The position numbers were made by a program, and so were the translations under genes. Below the pieces are notes generated by a model. It was not told where the DNA came from, did not search any database, and was given only the letters and a program-made list of their open reading frames with translations. A stretch of 34,284 bases of DNA from a virus (Duplodnaviria; Caudoviricetes). Shown piece after piece: positions 18,569-27,761 of the stretch. The stretch spans positions 1-34,284 of IMG/VR virus record IMGVR_UViG_3300031216_000035; one strand, written 5' to 3'. Within the stretch, counting starts at the first letter, position 1, and each line of letters opens with the position of its first letter.

Positions 18569-18577
18569 ATTTTACCA
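18569..18577 (-). promoter_or_regulatory. Extended -10 promoter
   Basis: TGGTAAAAT upstream of the 18508-17867 genes. Confidence 0.5.
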
Positions 18578-18583
18578 CAATTT

Positions 18584-18697
18584 TTATGTTTCATACTGTT
18601 TTAAATCGACAATTTCATATTTAACATTATGTTTTTTCAACCACTCAATGGTCTTGGAACATACACCGCACCCATCAACGGTGTATATTTTAATCAT
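18584..18697 (-). CDS. Half-glutaredoxin/NrdH-like CxxC peptide (37 aa), possibly a pseudogene
   Basis: MIKIYTVDGCGVCSKTIEWLKKHNVKYEIVDLKQYET; TAATG-coupled to the upstream gene; lacks the C-terminal half of the fold. Confidence 0.65.
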   Translation of the reverse strand: MIKIYTVDGCGVCSKTIEWLKKHNVKYEIVDLKQYET

Positions 18698-18996
18698 TAC
18701 AATATCCCCATCGGTTTGCCGTCACATATTACAAAATTACTTGGTTCCACAAACAGAATGTCCCCATTGAATGTTTCACCATGTCCAATATGTTTACGCC
18801 ACCATTGTTTAAACCGGTCACGCACCACTTTGTCTTCACTCCACATCACGGCGTCCATTTCGTTTTCAAAGTCCGGCACGGCTATCACCGGCGTCTTAAA
18901 TAGATACTTCAAACCAAATGCCGGGTATTTGCCCCCATTATCATCACCCCATTCCGGGTATCGTACCGTAATCAAAAATTGTAATTCGTTGTTCAT
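18697..18996 (-). CDS. Hypothetical protein (99 aa)
   Basis: ATGA coupling; GGAG RBS. Confidence 0.75.
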   Translation of the reverse strand: MNNELQFLITVRYPEWGDDNGGKYPAFGLKYLFKTPVIAVPDFENEMDAVMWSEDKVVRDRFKQWWRKHIGHGETFNGDILFVEPSNFVICDGKPMGIL

Positions 18997-19211
18997 GCTT
19001 CAAACTCCACTAACCCAACGGTCATTTGTTTGCTTAATATTACTTTCATATAACTATCATCATTTTTTGCGTCAACATACGCTTTAATCGCTTTTTTAAC
19101 ATCATTGGTTGATTGCACCATAAACCATGCACCACTTGGTGTACCCGCCGGAACTTCTCTATATGAACCGAATATCACATATGTATATTTAACCTGTATA
19201 TTTTCATTCAT
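18993..19211 (-). CDS. Hypothetical protein (72 aa)
   Basis: Overlaps both neighbours; AAGGA RBS. Confidence 0.7.
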   Translation of the reverse strand: MNENIQVKYTYVIFGSYREVPAGTPSGAWFMVQSTNDVKKAIKAYVDAKNDDSYMKVILSKQMTVGLVEFEA

Positions 19212-19545
19212 TGTATTTTTCCTTTAATGCTAGTTTACGCATGTCGTTTAAGTGTTTTGATTGTGCTTCATATAGTCCATGCACTTTACTATCTGAATCC
19301 GTTTTGATACCCATGTCACTTAATTCTTGAACCAATTGCCCAACCAATTGACGTGGTAATTGTGCAAAAATTAAACCGGCTTCTTCTTCCTTGCTTAATA
19401 TTGCACTTCTATCAATTGTTTTTGCGGTATCATCGGGTAACAATACTTCCATATTACGCCCGTCCAAATCACGTGTGATGTAAATATCAACCGTGTTTTT
19501 AAGCGGGGTCAACCGGGCTTGTACTTCCCATTCTGTTTTCAACAT
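19204..19545 (-). CDS. Conserved-looking phage hypothetical protein (113 aa)
   Basis: C-terminal G.YEAQSKHLNDMRKL; tight packing. Confidence 0.75.
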   Translation of the reverse strand: MLKTEWEVQARLTPLKNTVDIYITRDLDGRNMEVLLPDDTAKTIDRSAILSKEEEAGLIFAQLPRQLVGQLVQELSDMGIKTDSDSKVHGLYEAQSKHLNDMRKLALKEKYNE

Positions 19546-19776
19546 CTATTTATGCCTTTCATACGGGCAATATTCACATGGACACTTCGGGTTTTCATCA
19601 ACCAATTCCAAGTATTTCCCATTGTGAACCGATGGTTCGGCTTTTATCCATTCCACCGCAACAAATATTTCGTCAAAATTTACCATTATGTTTTCAACTT
19701 TACCCAAATCATGGGTGTCAACGTGCTTCACAACCCGCCCAATATCATTGACTGTGAATTTATGTTCTTTACTCAT
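19546..19776 (-). CDS. Small SH3/KOW-like protein with Cys-rich tail (76 aa)
   Basis: Start moved to ATG 19776 (AAGGGGG RBS); ends KCPCEYCPYERHK. Confidence 0.6.
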   Translation of the reverse strand: MSKEHKFTVNDIGRVVKHVDTHDLGKVENIMVNFDEIFVAVEWIKAEPSVHNGKYLELVDENPKCPCEYCPYERHK

Positions 19777-19978
19777 CGTCACCCCCTTGCGGAACCCATG
19801 CACCGTGTCCAAATTGTGCGAAAATCCAAAGTGCCAATTGTCCATCAACATCTTGTGGTTCAATTTCTTTGGCAATTTTCATTGCCGTTTCTTCAAACTT
19901 CACATTATCTTTTTGCGTGTGGTGTGCAATCAAAGACAAAACATCACCCACCGGCACGGCTATTACTAATTTACTCAC
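19769..19978 (-). CDS. Hypothetical protein (~69 aa)
   Basis: Probable GTG start at 19978 overlapping the upstream gene end. Confidence 0.55.
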   Translation of the reverse strand: MSKLVIAVPVGDVLSLIAHHTQKDNVKFEETAMKIAKEIEPQDVDGQLALWIFAQFGHGAWVPQGGDDE

Positions 19979-20255
19979 GGTGTGTACAACTCCCATCTGA
20001 ACAATCGTGACACACCCAACACGTTGTTCCACCATCGTCTTCACCAATGTTCATACACCGGCAATCAACGGGTCGTATTCTATCCACACCAACCATTAAT
20101 TCACGTGTGAACCCGGTCAAATCGTTTGGTGTTTTGTCTTTTAACTCCAATGTCACAATCTTCCCACTAACTTTTGAAATCAACCAAATGGTATCGGGGT
20201 TTAAAACTCCGGTATAATGGGCAACCGTGACTTCATCACCAATTGCATATTTCAT
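19971..20255 (-). CDS. Small SH3/KOW-like protein with Cys-rich tail (94 aa)
   Basis: KYAIGDEVTV start; ends DCRC...CWVCHDCSDGSCTH; GGAGG RBS. Confidence 0.7.
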   Translation of the reverse strand: MKYAIGDEVTVAHYTGVLNPDTIWLISKVSGKIVTLELKDKTPNDLTGFTRELMVGVDRIRPVDCRCMNIGEDDGGTTCWVCHDCSDGSCTHRE

Positions 20256-20596
20256 TTTTTGACCTCCTTTTCAATCGCACCTTTGACCACATTATGCACG
20301 GCGTCCCGGAACTTCTTGGTTCGGAAATCACCACGCTTTATTGTTTTCCAGTTCAATGACATTTCCCGAACAACGGCGTCTGTGATTTCACCGATTTCAA
20401 CATCTGAAACCGCTTGATAATCATCATCAAGAAACGATTTTTCCACAACTTCATCACCGGTGTTAATTGGTGGTTTATCCACAACTTTTCGCAAGTTATC
20501 CACAAGTGGTTTTACAATTTCCCACAAGTGTCGCACCACTCTTTTAATCTTTTCCCATGCTTCAATCAACAGTTTTTCAATATCTTCTTTTTTCAT
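20252..20596 (-). CDS. Hypothetical protein (114 aa) containing a DnaA-box-like cluster
   Basis: ATGA coupling at both ends. Confidence 0.7.
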   Translation of the reverse strand: MKKEDIEKLLIEAWEKIKRVVRHLWEIVKPLVDNLRKVVDKPPINTGDEVVEKSFLDDDYQAVSDVEIGEITDAVVREMSLNWKTIKRGDFRTKKFRDAVHNVVKGAIEKEVKK

Positions 20597-20730
20597 ATGA
20601 ATTGAACCCCATATTCCCCGAATATCATAATGGCAACATATGCCACAAACATCATGGCAACACCGAACACAAGTGTTAATGCCATCACATATAACAGATA
20701 TTCAATTGTGTGTTTAATTAGTATCATCAT
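20593..20730 (-). CDS. Small membrane protein (45 aa)
   Basis: MMILIKHTIEYLLYVMALTLVFGVAMMFVAYVAIMIFGEYGVQFI; AAGGTGG RBS. Not in the ORF track. Confidence 0.6.
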   Translation of the reverse strand: MMILIKHTIEYLLYVMALTLVFGVAMMFVAYVAIMIFGEYGVQFI

Positions 20731-20869
20731 TTCCCACCTTTATTTCTAATTTATCAACCGGGTACATGTTCCACACCATTTTAATGACGCCCCATATTCC
20801 AACCCGGATAACCCGTTTGTTTTCACCGGTTGATTTTTTAATAGTATATTTACGCTTCAATTTGTCCAT
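20714..20869 (-). CDS. Hypothetical protein (51 aa)
   Basis: Start moved to ATG 20869 (MDKLKRKY...) to avoid a long overlap. Confidence 0.5.
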   Translation of the reverse strand: MDKLKRKYTIKKSTGENKRVIRVGIWGVIKMVWNMYPVDKLEIKVGNDDTN

Positions 20870-21176
20870 CACGTACCTTGTCCAACGCCAATGACATTTC
20901 CAAGAATTCAAGCGTCTTTTCTTCATCGTGTTTTTGCAATTCCATTTTGGCTTCTTTAACCGCATACTTCATTGCGTCAAGTATCAACAACCACCCGTTC
21001 ATATAGTCAAGTTCACGCCCTGTAAAATCCCACTTCTTTTGTTTGAACGCATTGTCACCATTTCGTTCAACCAATGACGCTTTACCGGTTTGAAAATTAA
21101 GTTCAACCAAAACTTTCACACCACGGTAATCGTATGCACGAACCACAAGTAAATCTTTAGATTGCATTATTTCCAC
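20850..21176 (-). CDS. Phage hypothetical protein (108 aa)
   Basis: GGAGG RBS; FTGRELDYMNGWLLILDAM. Confidence 0.75.
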   Translation of the reverse strand: MEIMQSKDLLVVRAYDYRGVKVLVELNFQTGKASLVERNGDNAFKQKKWDFTGRELDYMNGWLLILDAMKYAVKEAKMELQKHDEEKTLEFLEMSLALDKVRDGQIEA

Positions 21177-21493
21177 CCTCCACCATTACTTTTATTATGT
21201 TCTTCTTCCATTGCAATATTGAACTTTTCCAATTCGGCGTCTTCCGCTTTAGAATAAACCGTGTCTTCCATTTTTTCATTCAACACTTGCATTCGATATA
21301 TCTTTTCAATGCCGGTTGAAAACAAACGTATATATGGACGTCTGATGTGGATTCCATTTTCCTTGCCATCATCATCAACCATTTTCTTTGAATGTCCCCA
21401 ACAATATGTAAAATCTTGCTTGTATCGTAACTTTGGAATCATGGAATTAATCCATTCTTCACTTGCTTTTCCAACTTCTGTTTCCGGTGCCAT
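21167..21493 (-). CDS. Hypothetical protein (108 aa)
   Basis: GGAGG RBS; TAATG coupling. Confidence 0.75.
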   Translation of the reverse strand: MAPETEVGKASEEWINSMIPKLRYKQDFTYCWGHSKKMVDDDGKENGIHIRRPYIRLFSTGIEKIYRMQVLNEKMEDTVYSKAEDAELEKFNIAMEEEHNKSNGGGWK

Positions 21494-21696
21494 TATTTTT
21501 TCCCTCCATCACATACTTCGATGTGTTCACTTAATATTCTTGCAACGGCGTCTATTTGGGCACCAATTGCCCCGAAATATTGTGCAACATTGCGTCCGTT
21601 GAATTCCACCATGTTGAACCGTTTGACGTCTTCTTCACAATCCTTGGATATTTGATTCAACACGGTCAATTGAATTTTCGTTTGTTGTTTGTCCAT
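21493..21696 (-). CDS. Hypothetical protein (~67 aa)
   Basis: ATG 21696 coupled (TGATG) to the upstream small ORF. Confidence 0.65.
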   Translation of the reverse strand: MDKQQTKIQLTVLNQISKDCEEDVKRFNMVEFNGRNVAQYFGAIGAQIDAVARILSEHIEVCDGGKK

Positions 21697-21821
21697 CAAT
21701 CGCACTCCATTGTTCCGTCATCGTACTTGCGTCCCCGGCAATTGTAACCCAACATTGATTTCAAACACGTGTTCCACGTTCGATGTGGGTGATTGTACCA
21801 ATCTTTAAATTTATTTATCAT
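21696..21821 (-). CDS. Small Cys/His-containing ORF (41 aa)
   Basis: MINKFKDWYNHPHRTWNTCLKSMLGYNCRGRKYDDGTMECD; GGAGG RBS inside the primase 3' end. Not in the ORF track. Confidence 0.55.
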   Translation of the reverse strand: MINKFKDWYNHPHRTWNTCLKSMLGYNCRGRKYDDGTMECD

Positions 21822-23661
21822 CGTTTTTACCCTCCTTTATTACTGTATTGACCATTTTTCCAACCATCTTTTTCCGCTTTACGTGATACCCCAATGTTTC
21901 CAATCTTCGACTGAATTTCCCGGCACCAATTGGACGCAAATTTGAATCTTCACACCATTTATCGTAAGCGTCATATACTTGTGATAATGGGTTCCCAACT
22001 AATGTTTCACTGTATTCGGTGACATATCCCAAAACGGAATCATTGTTTTTGTGGTACTCCTTGGTTGCTACTTCAATGGTTTTACTAATAGACAATTCCC
22101 ACTTGTTCTTGATGATTCTTCCAATCGCTTCCAATCCAATATTCAACAAATATGATTTGGCTTGTTCGGTTGATAGTAATTCATCAATATCGTGGCGTCT
22201 ATTTTTCACCTTATTTTCAAACGGTACAATCAACAACCGGCGTCCAATACCGTCCGATTTGTCTTTGAATGTTGGTGGTTCATTGGCGGTAAATATCAAC
22301 GTGGCGGTGTTCTTAATGGTCACCGGTTGTGAATATATTGCCCTTGCACCAACAGTGTTTCCGCTTGCCATGGTTTTCAAGTTCTTTGATTTTTCCAAAT
22401 ATATTGCGTCAACATCATCGGCAACGTTTACCACTTTACCAATCAAACTTGCCAAACTTGTGCCGTCATCAAAGTTATTGATGTCCACATGTGATGACAA
22501 TTCCCCGGTGAATTTGGTAATCATTTCAATGAACGTTGATTTTCCATTTGCCCCGGAACCCGTCAAGAAAAATATCTTGTGCGGAAACTTCTGAACCAAT
22601 AGAATGTGACCAATAATTTCTTCCAATACAATTCGCAAATCCTTGCGGTCATTGGCAATGAAATTCAAGAAGTCATCAACCTCTTTATCGTATGCTTCAC
22701 TATCAAACGAAACGTCCAAATAAAACGGTGTAAACCCATCTTCCACGTCAACCACGGTGTCCAAAACAATCGTGCCGTTGCGTAAACGTACACTGAAATT
22801 CGCTTTTGGATTAACCCGTTTTCCGTATGTGTACAACTGATGTACTAATTCCGAATGTTGCGGTTTCTTTAGTGAATTAAACGAATTGACGTTTTGTTGT
22901 AACAAAATGTGGTCACTTGAATAGTTTTTTCCCTCCTTAAAATACAATTGTTGTTGGTATATTTTGATGTCCAATTGCTTCACGATGAAACGTCCGTATG
23001 AAATCATGTCACCCGGTTTTCCGTTATATTGACCCTCTGATTCAATTTCGGCTTTTCCAACGCTTTCAACTGTTGCTTCCAATTCTCTTTTCCCAAACGG
23101 TACCCCGAACACAACATCATTGATGAATTCGGCAACCTCCGTGTAATCTTCACCGGGTAATTGTTCCCGGATTAATCGCAAGTGATAGAACAACGCATTG
23201 TTGCGTCCATCACCATCACCAAGTCCCGAAATGTTTTTTGACTTTGGTAATGGTTGTGCTAACAATGGCAAGTCGGGCAAATCTTTCAGTGTCAATTGTT
23301 TGGCACCCTCCCGAACGTTTCCATCTTTTTTAACAACCGTGTATGATGTCGCACCGGTTTTGAAATCGGCTTGAAATCCCCCAACGGTTATTTTATCCGC
23401 ACCGTTTGTAATCGTCACCCCTTTTGGAACCCTGTAATACAGATGTGTGCCACGGGTAGTTTTGACCGATTGCGTGGGAAAATGTTGCAACAAGTAATCG
23501 ACAATCTTTTGTTCATCAACGTTGTCATTATCGAAATCGACAACAACCGTTTTGCCGTTTAACAGTAACCCGGCGTTTTCATATTGGTCATACGTTAAAA
23601 CGAATGTGTCCAATTTTGTCACCGGTGTTTTGTCACCATGCAATTCGATGTACTTTAGCAT
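21811..23661 (-). CDS. Primase-helicase (AEP Prim-Pol + PriCT + D5/P4-type SF3 helicase + C-terminal winged helix)
   Basis: VVVDFD and TTRGTHLYY (AEP); GRNNALF (PriCT); GSGANGKST (Walker A); LIFTANEPP..KDKSDGIGRRL; terminal VYDAYDKWC...FSRRLETLGY. Confidence 0.93.
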   Translation of the reverse strand: MLKYIELHGDKTPVTKLDTFVLTYDQYENAGLLLNGKTVVVDFDNDNVDEQKIVDYLLQHFPTQSVKTTRGTHLYYRVPKGVTITNGADKITVGGFQADFKTGATSYTVVKKDGNVREGAKQLTLKDLPDLPLLAQPLPKSKNISGLGDGDGRNNALFYHLRLIREQLPGEDYTEVAEFINDVVFGVPFGKRELEATVESVGKAEIESEGQYNGKPGDMISYGRFIVKQLDIKIYQQQLYFKEGKNYSSDHILLQQNVNSFNSLKKPQHSELVHQLYTYGKRVNPKANFSVRLRNGTIVLDTVVDVEDGFTPFYLDVSFDSEAYDKEVDDFLNFIANDRKDLRIVLEEIIGHILLVQKFPHKIFFLTGSGANGKSTFIEMITKFTGELSSHVDINNFDDGTSLASLIGKVVNVADDVDAIYLEKSKNLKTMASGNTVGARAIYSQPVTIKNTATLIFTANEPPTFKDKSDGIGRRLLIVPFENKVKNRRHDIDELLSTEQAKSYLLNIGLEAIGRIIKNKWELSISKTIEVATKEYHKNNDSVLGYVTEYSETLVGNPLSQVYDAYDKWCEDSNLRPIGAGKFSRRLETLGYHVKRKKMVGKMVNTVIKEGKNDDK

Positions 23662-23678
23662 TTACTTTTTCCCCTCCA

Positions 23679-25391
23679 CTAATACAAATTGCTTTTAATC
23701 AAATTGATGTAGTATGTCAAATTTATTTTACTTTTATCGAACCCGTCCAATGCTTCATTCCAAACAATGTTGTTCGGTGCCGTGTTTGCAATCTTTTGGT
23801 ATGATTCACCCTTGCGTTTGAATACACCACCAAATTTCTTGTCTTTGGTTGCAAACACCCGGTTGACCTTTTGAAGTTCAACCATTTCTGATTCACCGTC
23901 AACAAATACTTCATGGAACATACCATCATAGGTTCTTCCCATTTTTGCCACAATCTGAAACGGTAACAAGTCACCTTTGGAATAACACCCAACCACGGTG
24001 TCAAATATCGAAATGTCATATATATAGTAATTCACCAACGCTTTATCAATTATGGTCAAATTGTTTTGTTCAAACCGGTCATGGTCAAATTTTGCAAAAC
24101 GCCCTTTGGCTTTCACATAACCCGTATCATATTGAATTGCGTAATTGTTCACGTCACGTTGTGCAATCTGAACAATCTTGTCGATGTCAAAACCCAAATT
24201 GAAACGTTTACCGAAATCATCAACAATCGCTTTGATTTCATCAAAGTTGTTTGTGTATTTGATAACAATACCGTCCGTATTGGATTGTATTAATTGACAA
24301 TGTTGTTCTAATTCACGAATCAATTGAATCAAAATCACTTGTCCGTTGATACAAATATTATTAGCTTGCAACGGGTCATAAAGTGAATTGTACTTTGATT
24401 TCATGGCACCAAATGTGGCGTTCAATAGAATTTTATATATGTATTCTTTTGGATTTTTTGCACGTTTTAACGCATATCGCTTGTCACGCAACTGTTCATA
24501 TAATTCCGGCTTTTGACTAGCACGGGACATGAAATTGTTGTTTATTATCAGTGACGGGTAATATGACGCAACGTCAATTTGCAAAAATGTACCCTTGGAA
24601 TTGTATTTTTCGATTGCCCCGTGTAACCCACCAAACGCAATGGTGTGCGGAACTCCGGCAACCTTTATTTTCAACTTTGTACGTTCAATTTTTTCATAGT
24701 CACCACCACCACGATATTGTGCTTCGGCGTCTTTGAAAAACTCTTGTACATCTTCCGGGATTAAATCCCAATTGATGTTTTTGTCGTACCTCATGCACAA
24801 CCGGTCACGTGGTGGTGTGAACCGTGAACACTTCAATACTTTACTTGCAAGTGTTGCACGGGTATTTTTGGCACTCATTGGGTCAAGTCCAAATTCACCA
24901 ACGATTTCAAATTTCGCTGTGAAATAATCCAATCTTTTTTTGAATAGCATTTCCGTGTCATCAACATCGTTTTTACAATAACCAATAAGCAATTGTAATT
25001 CCGAATTATTCAATGGACGGTCTGTTTCAAAATTTACGGGTGTTTCCACAATCGACATTCCCAAATTTGCTTGACTTGATTTCAAACCAACGCCCGGCAT
25101 TAATTCTTGAATCACATCAAGTGTCACCATGTTCAACCGGTAATTCAAGAATTCTTTATTTTCGATAATACGAACCGTGGTTTCAAATGGGTCTTTTCCC
25201 ATTATCAACCCGGCAAGTATTTTGTCATCATAATGATGATTGTTGAATCCAACAAGAATGTCCGCACGGTGTGTGTCCACCCATGTCTTCAACGCTTCAA
25301 CATCATTATGAATCACGTCATACGTTTTTCCACTCTTGAACACAACAATCCAGTCATGTTTTAGAACTTCAAAGTCGTATGTTATCAACAT
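23679..25391 (-). CDS. Family B DNA polymerase with 3'-5' exonuclease
   Basis: ExoI YDFEV, ExoII GFNNHHYDD, ExoIII YCKNDV; polymerase motifs DVASYYPS, KILLNATFG, QSNTDG. Confidence 0.93.
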   Translation of the reverse strand: MLITYDFEVLKHDWIVVFKSGKTYDVIHNDVEALKTWVDTHRADILVGFNNHHYDDKILAGLIMGKDPFETTVRIIENKEFLNYRLNMVTLDVIQELMPGVGLKSSQANLGMSIVETPVNFETDRPLNNSELQLLIGYCKNDVDDTEMLFKKRLDYFTAKFEIVGEFGLDPMSAKNTRATLASKVLKCSRFTPPRDRLCMRYDKNINWDLIPEDVQEFFKDAEAQYRGGGDYEKIERTKLKIKVAGVPHTIAFGGLHGAIEKYNSKGTFLQIDVASYYPSLIINNNFMSRASQKPELYEQLRDKRYALKRAKNPKEYIYKILLNATFGAMKSKYNSLYDPLQANNICINGQVILIQLIRELEQHCQLIQSNTDGIVIKYTNNFDEIKAIVDDFGKRFNLGFDIDKIVQIAQRDVNNYAIQYDTGYVKAKGRFAKFDHDRFEQNNLTIIDKALVNYYIYDISIFDTVVGCYSKGDLLPFQIVAKMGRTYDGMFHEVFVDGESEMVELQKVNRVFATKDKKFGGVFKRKGESYQKIANTAPNNIVWNEALDGFDKSKINLTYYINLIKSNLY

Positions 25392-25395
25392 CGAA

Positions 25396-25818
25396 TTATG
25401 CCAATACTATTTCAACGTTTTGGAAATCGTCTTTACTTGTTTTTGCAACAACTGTGACTTCTTCACCAACAACCGCTTCAAGTGATTTTGCAATACTTGC
25501 GTTGTCTGTAAAATCAATTTCGTTGTAATCAAATCCAAGTTGGTGTGCAATAGAAATCATTTTTTGAATATTGATTTCCATCATCTTCCCAACAAAATAG
25601 TAATTTGCCCATAAGAAACGCCCGGTGCTGTCACCCTCTGTAATTCCAACTTTGAAAAACACTGATGGTGTCCCCTTGGCTTCACTGATTCTTGAACCAA
25701 CTTCTTCAATTAATCCAGTATATTCACCGTCTGGTAAATTCGTAAAATCACGCACCTTGTCGGTTTCGGGATTAAAGTTTTTCATTACTCCATTTGCAAT
25801 TTTTAAAATATCGTCCAT
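25396..25818 (-). CDS. DUF669-like single-stranded DNA-binding protein
   Basis: LPDGEY..I..V...SEAKG...FKV...GR..W pattern; follows the AAA_24 gene. Confidence 0.75.
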   Translation of the reverse strand: MDDILKIANGVMKNFNPETDKVRDFTNLPDGEYTGLIEEVGSRISEAKGTPSVFFKVGITEGDSTGRFLWANYYFVGKMMEINIQKMISIAHQLGFDYNEIDFTDNASIAKSLEAVVGEEVTVVAKTSKDDFQNVEIVLA

Positions 25819-25862
25819 TGTAATTTTTCCTTGTTTAATTTACATATATTTAGTCGTGCGAC

Positions 25863-26720
25863 TTATTTTTTCAGTGACTTCAATTTCTTGATTCTTTTGT
25901 CGGCAACACTTGCCATCGTTTTTGTTTCCGGTTCCGCTTTTGGTTCCGGCTTCGGTTCTTCCGTCACCTCTGTTGCACTAGATTGTGCGACACGGGGTTT
26001 TTTCGTAACCTTTGATGTTGAACCCGTCTTTTTTGCAACTGGTTTTGGTGCTTCTGGTTCTTTTTCAGATATTGCACCCTTTATGCCCATCAAGATATTT
26101 GTGACCACTTTGTTTTGCATATCATCAACCGTGTACACGTCCCGTTTATCCACAACCATTTGAATGTAATTGTTTCCTAACTTCCGGCACTTGATTGACA
26201 AATCACAACGTCCCATTGTCATATTGTAAAACTTTTGTGCTAATGACGGCACTTCAATTGTCCGTGATGAATCCGATTCATCTTGCTTTTCGGTTATGTG
26301 AGAAATGAACACCACGTTATATGGCATTTGACTTAATCGAACCATTAAAGTTTTCCAAGTTGTTTTGACGTCTGAATATGCTTTTCCAAATGGTGCGTCC
26401 GCAAGTGCTTCAATGTTGTACTTCTTCATCACGTATATTTCAAGCATTGTTTGAATGTCATCAACTAAATCGACAATCACCGTTTCAAAACCGTGTCCAC
26501 CTTTTTCCATTTCGGACATTGTTTTCACAAACGTTTCAAAATCTTTGATTTCCACACTTGGTGTGTCCACCTTTTTTGCATTTCCGTCCGTGTTCAATAT
26601 GACCGGGTTCGGAAATTGTCGGGCAAGATATGTTTTGCCGGACATTGATTGACCCCAAATGAAAAACATTTTTGGTGTGATGTCTTTTTCTGTTGGTTCA
26701 TTTTTTGGTAGTAAACCCAT
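25863..26720 (-). CDS. AAA_24 (Sak4-like) NTPase/recombination protein
   Basis: WGQSMSGKT (Walker A), TVIVDLVDD, VVFISH; low-complexity K/E/P tail. Confidence 0.85.
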   Translation of the reverse strand: MGLLPKNEPTEKDITPKMFFIWGQSMSGKTYLARQFPNPVILNTDGNAKKVDTPSVEIKDFETFVKTMSEMEKGGHGFETVIVDLVDDIQTMLEIYVMKKYNIEALADAPFGKAYSDVKTTWKTLMVRLSQMPYNVVFISHITEKQDESDSSRTIEVPSLAQKFYNMTMGRCDLSIKCRKLGNNYIQMVVDKRDVYTVDDMQNKVVTNILMGIKGAISEKEPEAPKPVAKKTGSTSKVTKKPRVAQSSATEVTEEPKPEPKAEPETKTMASVADKRIKKLKSLKK

Positions 26721-26771
26721 GGTTTAAACCTCCATTTATATTAATATTCATTGACCGGGTGCAAACCGTAA

Positions 26772-27761
26772 TTATGCGTCTTTACCTCCTAATTCACGAA
26801 CATTGACCAACAAGTAATCTTTACCCTTGGTTATTTTCTTCTTGGTCGTAAATTCTTTGACAATTTTCGGGTGCTTCTTTTCAAGTTTCTTTTCATCAAG
26901 CACAAGTTTTGTGGTGGTGTCCGATTGAACACGGGTGATTCGTACACGCCCGGTGTCCAACGTCTTCACACCATACTTGTCGAACTGTTCCAACAATTGT
27001 GCTTTTGCTTCATCATGCTTGGTCTTCAATTGTTTGAAACCAACCAATTGGTCTTCCAATTTGATTAATGCGTTTTGTTTCTTCACAATGTCTTTTCCGT
27101 AAAACAACACGTTCCATTGGTCAAGTGTCATATCCGGGTTCTTTTCAAGTTCAATACATGCGTTTTGGAATGCCGTTATTCGGCTTTGAATTTTATTCCA
27201 TTCATCGGCGTCCCTGTGGACAACTTCAATCACTAATTTATCCGGGTCAAAACTCAAGTCGAAAAATTCATCACCATTTTCCAAGTCGTAATCCACGCCG
27301 GTATAAAAGTTTTCGGGACGGGGATAACCAACAAATGCAATTTCGTCTTGGTTCCAACGTTCCATATAAAACCGCCCTTGTGGTGTGTAATATGGAATGT
27401 CCAATCCTTTGGCTTCACCAAATGTTTTAACCTCAATCATTGCCGGGTATTCCGTGGTGTTTTCGTCAATGCCGTCCGTGTTCCCACGTTGTAACAAGTC
27501 TTCATCAATACACGTTGCTTCAACATAGTTGGTGCCATTTGTGGCATTCAAATATTCCCGGATAATTGGTTCCATCAATTGACCATATTTTGTATATGGA
27601 TTTCCCTTGAATTCGTTTGGAATCAACTTCATTTTCTTTTTGGCAAATGTGAACAGGGAATCACCTTGTGGATATTTTATTTCATTCAATCCCAATAGGT
27701 TTGGCAAGTCTGAACCACCAATATATTTTTTTCGTTGTAATACTACATTTTTATCCGGCAT
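26772..27761 (-). CDS. YqaJ/lambda-exonuclease-family nuclease with coiled-coil C-terminus
   Basis: RKKYIGGSD, YGQLMEP, GNTDG, IEVKT motifs. Confidence 0.85.
   Translation of the reverse strand: MPDKNVVLQRKKYIGGSDLPNLLGLNEIKYPQGDSLFTFAKKKMKLIPNEFKGNPYTKYGQLMEPIIREYLNATNGTNYVEATCIDEDLLQRGNTDGIDENTTEYPAMIEVKTFGEAKGLDIPYYTPQGRFYMERWNQDEIAFVGYPRPENFYTGVDYDLENGDEFFDLSFDPDKLVIEVVHRDADEWNKIQSRITAFQNACIELEKNPDMTLDQWNVLFYGKDIVKKQNALIKLEDQLVGFKQLKTKHDEAKAQLLEQFDKYGVKTLDTGRVRITRVQSDTTTKLVLDEKKLEKKHPKIVKEFTTKKKITKGKDYLLVNVRELGGKDA

Noticed and set aside
22019-22594. 191-aa plus-strand ORF and the many other plus-strand ORFs over structural and replication genes (e.g. 9840-10370)
   Set aside because: They lie wholly opposite well-supported genes and are explained by codon bias.
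23679-25391. Protein-primed or primer-independent PolB
   Set aside because: No inverted terminal repeats or terminal protein candidate, and a primase-helicase is adjacent, so conventional primed replication is more likely.
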